Shown: in pieces, positions 52,801 to 64,000 of the stretch
Numbering within the stretch: the first letter of the stretch is position 1
Layout of the letters: each line of letters begins with the position of its first letter
Assembly (NCBI GenBank): GCA_964016885.1
Contig: OZ024743.1
Location: forward strand, 66,650,001-66,714,000
From: Eledone cirrhosa
Taxonomy: Eukaryota
DNA length: 64,000 nucleotides
Reading direction: 5' to 3'
Notes under the pieces: model-generated
What the model saw: only the letters and a program-made list of their open reading frames with translations
Databases searched by the model: none
What the model was told of the DNA's origin: nothing
Made by a program: the position numbers and the translations under genes

Positions 52801-55800
52801 CACTAACACCAGCATCACCAACACTAGCGCCGCTACCCTACCACCAATAACACCACCATTACCAACACTAGCGCCAATACCCTACCACCACTACCACCAC
52901 CATTACCAACACTAGCGCCAATAACCTACCACCACTAACACCACCATTACCAACACTAGCGCCAATATCCTACCACCACTACCACCACCATTACCAACAC
53001 CAGCGCCGCTACCCTACCACCACTACCACCACCACCACCAACACTAGCGCCGCTATCCTACCACCAATAACACCACCATTACCAACACTAGCGCCAATAC
53101 CCTACCACCACTACCACCACCACCACCAACACTAACGCCGCTATCCTACCACCAATAACACCACCATTACCAACACTAGCGCCAATAACCTACCACCATT
53201 ACCACCACCATTACCAACACTAGCGCCAATACCCTACCACCACTAACACCACCATCATAACCACTAGCGCCGCTACCCTACCACCACTACCACCACCATT
53301 ACCAACACTAGCGCCAATACCCTACCACCACTAACACCACCATTACCAACACTAGCGCCAATACCCTACCACCACTAACACCACCATCATAACCACTAGC
53401 GCCGCTACCCTACCACCACTAACACCACCATTACCAACACTAGCGCCAATACCCTACCACCACTACCACCACCATTACCAACACTAGCGCCAATACCCTA
53501 CCACCACTACCACCACCATTACCAACACTAGCGCGAATACCCTACCACCACTAACACCACCATCATAACCACTAGCGCCGCTACCCTACCACCACTAACA
53601 CCACCATTACCAACACTAGCGCCAATACCCTACCACCACTAACACCACCATTACCAACACTAGCGCCAATACCCTACCACCACTACCACCACCATTACCA
53701 ACACTAGCGCCAATACCCTACCACCACTAACACCACCATCATAACCACTAGCGCCAATACCCTACCACCACTAACACCACCATTACCAACACTAGCGCCA
53801 ATACCCTACCACCACTAACACCACCATCATAACCACTAGCGCCAATACCCTACCACCACTAACACCACCATTACCAACACTAGCGCCAATACCCTACCAC
53901 CACTAACACCACCATCATAACCACTAGCGCCAATACCCTACCACCACTAACACCACCATTACCAACACTAGCGCCAATACCCTACCACCACCAACACCAC
54001 CATTACCAACACTAGCGCCAATACCCTACCACCACTAACAACACCATTACCAACACTAGCGCCAATACCCTACCACCACTAACACCACCATCATAACCAC
54101 TAGCGCCAATACCCTACCACCACTAACACCACCATCATAACCACTAGCGCCAATACCCTACCACCACTAACACCACCATTACCAACACTAGCGCCAATAC
54201 CCTACCACCACTACCACCACCATTACCAACACTAGCGCCAATACCCTACCACCACTAACACCACCATCATAACCACTAGCGCCAATACCCTACCACCACT
54301 AACACCACCATTACCAACACTAGCGCCAATACCCTACCACCACTAACAACACCATCATAACCACTAGCGCCAATACCCTACCACCACTAACACCACCATT
54401 ACCAACACTAGCGCCAATACCCTACCACCACTACCACCACCATTACCAACACTAGCGCCAATACCCTACCACCACTAACACCACCATCATAACCACTAGC
54501 GCCAATACCCTACCACCACTAACACCACCATTACCAACACTAGCGCGAATACCCTACCACCACTAACACCACCATCATAACCACTATCGCCAATACCATA
54601 CCACCACTAACACCACCATTACCAACACTAGCGCCAATACCCTACCACCACTAACACCACCATCATAACCACTAGCGCCAATACCCTACCACCACTAACA
54701 CCACCATTACCAACACTAGCGCCAATACCCTACCACCACTAACACCACCATCATAACCACTAGCGCCAATACCCTGCCACCACTAACACCACCATTACCA
54801 ACACTAGCGCCAATACCCTACCACCACTAACACCACCATTACCAACACTAGCGCCAATACCCTACCACCACTAACAACACCATTACCAACACTAGCGCCA
54901 ATACCCTACCACCACTAACACCACCATTACCAACACTAGCGCCAATACCCTACCACCACTAACACCACCATCATAACCACTAGCGCCAATACCCTACCAC
55001 CACTAACACCACCATTACCAACACTAGCGCCAATACCCTACCACCACTAACACCACCATCATAACCACTAGCGCCAATACCCTACCACCACTAACACCAC
55101 CATTACCAACACTAGCGCCAATACCCTACCACCACTAACAACACCATTACCAACACTAGCGCCAATACCCTACCACCACTAACAACACCATTACCAACAC
55201 TAGCGCCAATACCCTACCACCACTAACAACACCATTACCAACACTAGCGCCAATACCCTACCACCACTAACACCACCATTACCAACACTAGCGCCAATAC
55301 CCTACCACCACTAACACCACCATTACCAACACTTGCGCCAATACCCTACCACCAATACCACCACCATTACCAACACTAGCGCCGCTACCCTACCACCACT
55401 AACACCACCATTACCAACACTAGCGCCAATACCCTACCACCACTACCACCACCATTACCAACACCAGCGCCAATACCCTACCACCACTACCACCACCATT
55501 AACAACACCAGCGCCAATACCCTACCACCACTACCACCACCATTACCAACACTAGCGCCAATACCCTACCACCACTACCACCACCATTACCAACACCAGC
55601 GCCAATACCCTACCACCACTACCACCACCATTACCAACACCAGCGCCAATACCCTACCACCACTACCACCACCATTACCAACACTAGCGCCGCTACCCTA
55701 CAACCACTAACACCACCATTACCAACACTAGCGCCGCCACCCTACCACCACTAACACCACCATTACCAACACTAGCGCCGCTACCCTACCACCACTAACA

Positions 55801-58800
55801 CCACCATCACCAACACTAGCGCCAATACCCTACCACCACTAACACCACCATTACCAACACTAGCGCCGCTACCCTACCACCACTACCACCACCATTACCA
55901 ACACTAGCGCCAATACCCTACCACAACTAACACCACCATTAACAACACTAGCGCCGCTACCCTACCACCACTAACACCACCATTACCAACACTAGCGCCA
56001 ATACCCTACCACCACTAACACCACCATCATAACCACTAGCGCCAATACCCTACCACCACTAACACCACCATTACCAACACTAGCGCGAATACCCTACCAC
56101 CACTAACACCACCATCATAACCACTATCGCCAATACCATACCACCACTAACACCACCATTACCAACACTAGCGCCAATACCCTACCACCACTAACACCAC
56201 CATCATAACCACTAGCGCCAATACCCTACCACCACTAACACCACCATTACCAACACTAGCGCCAATACCCTACCACCACTAACACCACCATCATAACCAC
56301 TAGCGCCAATACCCTGCCACCACTAACACCACCATTACCAACACTAGCGCCAATACCCTACCACCACTAACACCACCATTACCAACACTAGCGCCAATAC
56401 CCTACCACCACTAACAACACCATTACCAACACTAGCGCCAATACCCTACCACCACTAACACCACCATTACCAACACTAGCGCCAATACCCTACCACCACT
56501 AACACCACCATCATAACCACTAGCGCCAATACCCTACCACCACTAACACCACCATTACCAACACTAGCGCCAATACCCTACCACCACTAACACCACCATC
56601 ATAACCACTAGCGCCAATACCCTACCACCACTAACACCACCATTACCAACACTAGCGCCAATACCCTACCACCACTAACAACACCATTACCAACACTAGC
56701 GCCAATACCCTACCACCACTAACAACACCATTACCAACACTAGCGCCAATACCCTACCACCACTAACAACACCATTACCAACACTAGCGCCAATACCCTA
56801 CCACCACTAACACCACCATTACCAACACTAGCGCCAATACCCTACCACCACTAACACCACCATTACCAACACTTGCGCCAATACCCTACCACCAATACCA
56901 CCACCATTACCAACACTAGCGCCGCTACCCTACCACCACTAACACCACCATTACCAACACTAGCGCCAATACCCTACCACCACTACCACCACCATTACCA
57001 ACACCAGCGCCAATACCCTACCACCACTACCACCACCATTAACAACACCAGCGCCAATACCCTACCACCACTACCACCACCATTACCAACACTAGCGCCA
57101 ATACCCTACCACCACTACCACCACCATTACCAACACCAGCGCCAATACCCTACCACCACTACCACCACCATTACCAACACCAGCGCCAATACCCTACCAC
57201 CACTACCACCACCATTACCAACACTAGCGCCGCTACCCTACCACCACTAACACCACCATTACCAACACTAGCGCCGCCACCCTACCACCACTAACACCAC
57301 CATTACCAACACTAGCGCCGCTACCCTACCACCACTAACACCACCATCACCAACACTAGCGCCAATACCCTACCACCACTAACACCACCATTACCAACAC
57401 TAGCGCCGCTACCCTACCACCACTACCACCACCATTACCAACACTAGCGCCAATACCCTACCACCACTAACACCACCATTAACAACACTAGCGCCGCTAC
57501 CCTACCACCACTAACACCACCATTACCAACACTAGCGCCGCTACCCTACCACCACTAACACCACCATTAACAACACTAGCGCCGCTACCCTACCACCACT
57601 AACACCACCATTACCAACACTAGCGCCAATACCCTACCACCACTAACACCACCATTACCAACACTAGCGCCAATACCCTACCACCACTAACACCACCATT
57701 ACCAACACTAGCGCCGCTACCCTACCACCACTACCACCACCATTACCAACACTAGCGCCGCTACCCTACAACCACTAACACCACCATTACCAACACTAGC
57801 GCCGCTACCCTACCACCACTAACACCACCATTACCAACACTTGCGCCGCTACCCTACCACCACTACCACCACCATTACCAACACTAGCGCCGCTACCCTA
57901 CCACCACTACCACCACCATTACCAACACTAGCGCCGCTACCCTACCACCACTAACACCACCATTAACAACACTAGCGCCAATACCCTACCACCACTAACA
58001 CCACCATTCCCAACACTAGCGCCAATACCCTACCACCACTACCACCACCATTACCAACACTAGCGCCAATACCCTACCACCACTAACACCACCATTACCA
58101 ACACTAGAGCCGCCACCCTACCACCACTACCACCACCATTACCAACACTAGCGCCAATACCCTACCACCACTACCACCACCATTACCAACACTAGCGCCA
58201 ATACCCTACCACCACTACCACCACCATTACCAACACTAGCGCCAATACCCTACCACCACTACCACCACCATTACCAACACTAGCGCCAATACCCTACCAC
58301 CACTACCACCACCATTACCAACACTAGCGCCAATACCCTACCACCACTAACACAACCATTACCAACACTTGCGCCAATACCCTACCACCACTACCACCAC
58401 CATTACCAACACTAGCGCCAATACCCTACCACCACTACCACCACCATTACCAACACTAGCGCCAATACCCTACCACCACTACCACCACCATTACCAACAC
58501 TAGCGCCAATACCCTACCACCACTACCACCACCATTACCAACACTAGCGCCGCTACCCTACAACCACTAACACCACCATTACCAACACTTGCGCCGCTAC
58601 CCTACCACCACTACCACCACCATTACCAACACTAGCGCCGCTACCCTACCACCACTAACACCACCATTAACAACACTAGCGCCGCTACCCTACCACCACT
58701 AACACCACCATTACCAACACTAGCGCCAATACCCTACCACCACTAACACCACCATTCCCAACACTAGCGCCAATACCCTACCACCACTACCACCACCATT

Positions 58801-61800
58801 ACCAACACTATCGCCAATACCCTACCACCACTAACACCACCATTACCAACACTAGAGCCGCCACCCTACCACCACTACCACCACCATTACCAACACTAGC
58901 GCCAATACCCTACCACCACTACCACCACCATTACCAACACTAGCGCCAATACCCTACCACCACTACCACCACCATTACCAACACTAGCGCCAATACCCTA
59001 CCACCACTACCACCACCATTACCAACACTAGCGCCAATACCCTACCACCACTAACACCACCATTACCAACACTTGCGCCAATACCCTACCACCACTACCA
59101 CCACCATTACCAACACTAGCGCCAATACCCTACCACCACTACCACCACCATTACCAACACTAGCGCCAATACCCTACCACCACTACCACCACCATTACCA
59201 ACACTAGCGCCAATACCCTACCACCACTAACACCACCATTACCAACAAATGCGCCAATACCCTACCACCACTAACACCATCATTACCAACACTAACGCCG
59301 CTACCCTACCACCACTAACACCACCATTACCAACACTAGCGCCGCCACCCTACCACCACTAACACCACCATTACCAACACTAGCGCCGCTACCCTACCAC
59401 CACTACCACCACCATCACCAACACTAGCGCCAATACCCTACCATCACTACCACCACCATTACCAACACTAGCGCCGCCACCCTACCACCACTAACACCAC
59501 CATTACCAACACTAGCGCCGCCACCCTACCACCACTAACACCACCATTACCAACACTAGCGCCGCTACCCTACCACCACTACCACCACCATTACCAACAC
59601 TAGCGCCAATACCCTACCATCACTACCACCACCATTACCAACACTAGCGCCGCCACCCTACCACCACTAACACCACCATTACCAACACTAGCGCCGCTAC
59701 CCTACCACCAATAACACCACCATTACCAACACTAGCGCCGCTACCCTACCACCACTACCACCACCATTACCAACACTAGCGCCAATACCCTACCATCACT
59801 ACCACCACCATTACCAACACTACAGCCGCCACACTACCACCACTACCACAACCATTACCAACACTAGCGCCAATACCCTACCATCACTACCACCACCATT
59901 ACCAACACTAGCGCCAATACCCTACCACCACTACCACCACCATTACCAACACTAGCGCCAATACCCTACCATCACTACCACCACCATTACCAACACTAGC
60001 GCCAATACCCTACCATCACTACCACCACCATTACCAACACTAGCGCCAATACCCTACCATCACTACCACCACCATTACCAACACTAGCGCCAATACCCTA
60101 CCATCACTACCACCACCATTACCAACACTAGCGCCAATACCCTACCATCACTACCACCACCATTACCAACACTAGCGCCAATACCCTACCACCACTACCA
60201 CGACCATTACCAACACTAGCGCCAATACCCTACCATCACTACCACCACCATTACCAACACTAGCGCCAATACCCTACCATCACTACCACCACCATTACCA
60301 ACACTACAGCCGCCACCCTACCATCACTACCACCACCATTACCAACACTAGCGCCGCTACCCTACCACCACTACCACCACCATTACCAACACTAGCGCCA
60401 ATACCCTACCATCACTACCACCACCATTACCAACACTAGCGCCAATACCCTACCATCACTACCACCACCATTACCAACACTACAGCCGCCACCCTACCAT
60501 CACTACCACCACCATTACCAACATTTGCGCCGCTACCCTACCATCACTACCACCACCATTACCAACACTAGCGCCAATACCCTACCATCACTACCACCAC
60601 CATTACCAACACTAGCGCCGCTACCCTACCACCACTACCACCACCATTACCAACACTAGCGCCAATACCCTACCATCACTACCACCACCATTACCAACAC
60701 TAGCGCCAATACCCTACCATCACTAACACCACCATTACCAACACTAGCGCCGCTACCCTACCACCACTACCACCACCATTACCAACACTAGCGCCGCTAC
60801 CCTACCACCACTAACACCACCATTACCAACACTAGCGCCAATACTCTACCACCACTACCACCACTAACAGCACCATTATTAACACTAGCACCAATACCCT
60901 ACCACCACTACCACCACCATTATTAACACTAGCGCCAATACCCTACCGCCACTACCAACCCCATTCACAACACTAGCGCCAATACCCTACCACCACTACC
61001 ACCACCATTACCAACAAATGCGCCAATACCCTACCACCACTACCACCACCATTACCAACACTAGCGCCAATATCCTACCACCACTACCACCACCATTACC
61101 AACAAATGCGCCAATACCCTACCACCACTAACACCACCATTACCAACACTAGCGCCAATACCCTACCACCACTAACACTACCATTACCAACACTAGCGCC
61201 AATACCCTACCACCACTACCACCACCATTACCAACACTAGCGCCAATACCCTACCACCACTACCACCACCATTACCAACAAATGCGCCAATACCCTACCA
61301 CCACTAACACCACCATTACCAACACTAGCGCCGCTACCCTACCACCACTACCACCACCATTACCAACACTAGCGCCAATACCCTACCATCACTACCACCA
61401 CCATTACCAACACTAGCGCCGCCACCCTACCACCACTAACACCACCATTACCAACACTAGCGCCGCTACCCTACCACCACTAACACCACCATTACTAACA
61501 CTAGCGCCAATACCCTACCACCACTACTACCATCATTACCAACACTAGCGCCAATACCCTACCACCACTAACACCACCATTACCAACACTAGCGCCAATA
61601 CCCTACCACCACTAACACTACCATTACCAACACTAGCGCCAATACCCTACCACCACTAACACCACCATTACCAACACTAGCGCCAATACCCTACCACCAC
61701 TACTACCACCATTACCAACACTAGCGCCAATACCCTACCACCACTAACACTACCATTACCAACACTAGCGCCAATACCCTACCGCCACTAACACCACCAT

Positions 61801-64000
61801 TACCAACACTAGCGCCAATACCCTACCACCACTAACACCACCATTACCAACACTAGCGCGAATACCCTACCACCACTAACACCACCATCATAACCACTAG
61901 CGCCGCTACCCTACCACCACTAACACCACCATTACCAACACTAACGCCGCTACCCTACCACCACTACCACCACCATTACCAACACTAGCGCCAATACCCT
62001 ACCACCACTACCACCACCATTACCAACACTAACGCCGCTACCCTACCACCACTACCACCACCATTACCAACACTAGCGCCAATACCCTACCACCACTACC
62101 ACCACCATTACCAACACTAACGCCGCTACCCTACCACCACTACCACCACCATTACCAACACTAACGCCGCTACCCTACCACCACTAACACCACCATTACC
62201 AACACTAGCGCCAATACCCTACCACCACTACCACCACCATTACCAACACTAACGCCGCTACCCTACCACCACTAACACCACCATTACCAACACTAGCGCC
62301 AATACCCTACCACCACTACCACCACCATTACCAACACTAGCGCCAATACCCTACCACCACTACCACCACCATTAGCAACACTAACGCCGCTACCCTACCA
62401 CCACTACCACCACCATTACCAACACTAGCGCCGCCACCCTACCACCACTAACACCACCATTACCAACACTAGCGCCAATACCCTACCACCACTAACACCA
62501 CCATTACCAACACTAGCGCCGCTACCCTACCACCACTACCACCACCATTACCAACACTAACGCCGCTACCCTACCACCACTAACACCACCATTACCAACA
62601 CTAACGCCGCTACCCTACCACCACTACCACCACCATTACCAACACTAGCGCCGCTACCCTACCACCACCCTACCACCACAAACACCACCATTACCAACAC
62701 TTGAGCCGCCACCCTACCACCACTAACACCACCATTACCAACACTAGAGCCGCCACCCTACCACCACTAACACCACCATTACCAACACTAACGCCGCTAC
62801 CCTACCACCACTAACACCACCATTACCAACACTAGCGCCAATACCCTACCACCGCTACCACCACCATCACCAACACTAGCGCCAATACCCTACCACCACT
62901 ATCACCACCATCACCAACACTAGCGCCAATACACTACCACCACTACCACCACCATCACCAACACTAGCGCCAATACCCGACCACCACTACTACCATCATT
63001 ACCAACACTAGCGCCGCCACCCTACCACCAGTAACACCACCATTACCAACACTAGCGCCAATACCCTACCACCACTACCACCACCATTACAAACAAATGC
63101 GCCAATACCCTACCACCACTAACACCACCATCATAACCACTAGCGCCAATACCCTACCACCACTAACACCACCATTACCAACACTAGCGCCAATACCCTA
63201 CCACCACTAACACCACCATCATAACCACTAGCGCCGCTACCCTACCACCACTAACACCACCTTTACCAACACTAGCGCGAATACCCTACCACCACTAACA
63301 CCACCATCATAACCACTAGCGCCGCTACCCTACCACCACTAACACCACCATTACCAACACTAACGCCAATACCCTACCACCACTACCACCACCATTACCA
63401 ACACTATAGCCAATACCCTACCACCACTACCACCACCATCACCACCACTAGCGCCGCCACCCTACCACCACTAACACCACCATCACCAACACTAGCGCCA
63501 ATACCCTACCACCACTAACACCACCATTACCAACACTTGTGCCAATAACCTACCACCACTAACACCACCATTACCAACACTTGTGCCAATAACCTACCAC
63601 CACTAACACCACCATCACCACCACTAGCGCCGCTACCCTACCACCACTACCACCACCATTACCAACAATAGCGCCAATACCCTACCACCACTACCACCAC
63701 CATTACCAACACTAGCGCCAATACCATACCACCACTGCCACCACCATTACCAACACTAGCGCCGCCACCCTACCACCACTAACACCACCATTACCAACAC
63801 TAGCGCCAATACCCTACCACCACTAACAGCACCATTATTAACACTAGCACCAATACCCTACCACCACTAACTCCACCATTACCAACACTAGCGCCAATAC
63901 CCTACCACTACTACCACCACCATTATTAACACTAGCGCCAATACCCTACCACCACTACCAACCCCATTCCCAACACTAGCGCCAATACCCTACCACCACT
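49900..64000. repeat. 44-bp satellite array (about 320 units, runs off the window end)
   Basis: Unit CTAGCGCCAATACCCTACCACCACTAACACCACCATTACCAACA (CTAG at 50229 and 50273). Variants GCT/AAT and CATAACCA. Higher-order duplications are visible. Confidence 0.97.

Noticed and set aside
49900-64000. Telomeric repeat (CCCTA motif in the unit)
   Set aside because: No tandem TTAGGG/CCCTAA, and the C-rich plus strand is the wrong polarity for a chromosome end to the right.

Overview
Eukaryotic, AT-rich, very repeat-dense window with no recognisable host protein-coding gene. Nearly all ORFs in the track are translations of microsatellites. The repeat mix (Nin/Deu-domain SINEs, R4/Dong-like, Tx1-like, RTE and Helitron remnants among (TA)n arrays) suggests an invertebrate genome, plausibly an octopus-like cephalopod (inference). 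Contents: a decayed near-full-length Tx1/L1-type LINE (8.9-13.5 kb, minus) and a 3' fragment of a relative; two Helitrons with both termini; mariner, hAT-like and piggyBac-like remnants; RTE, CRE-like, CR1-like and R4/Dong-like LINE fragments; an RTE-derived bipartite non-autonomous element in several copies; and tandem arrays with units of 143, ~36, 61, 31, ~55 and 44 bp (the last covers the final 14 kb). The most notable signal is not in the ORF track: at least six hammerhead-ribozyme folds with complete or nearly complete cores, plus degenerate or partial ones, in short ORF-less islands among (TA)n arrays. Five lie within 2.3-7.0 kb. Several are tied to long fold-back palindromes: one caps a ~230-nt hairpin and another palindrome folds back exactly at the ribozyme stem II loop. 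These look like Penelope-like/retrozyme-type non-autonomous elements. All structures were assigned by eye, without computation.
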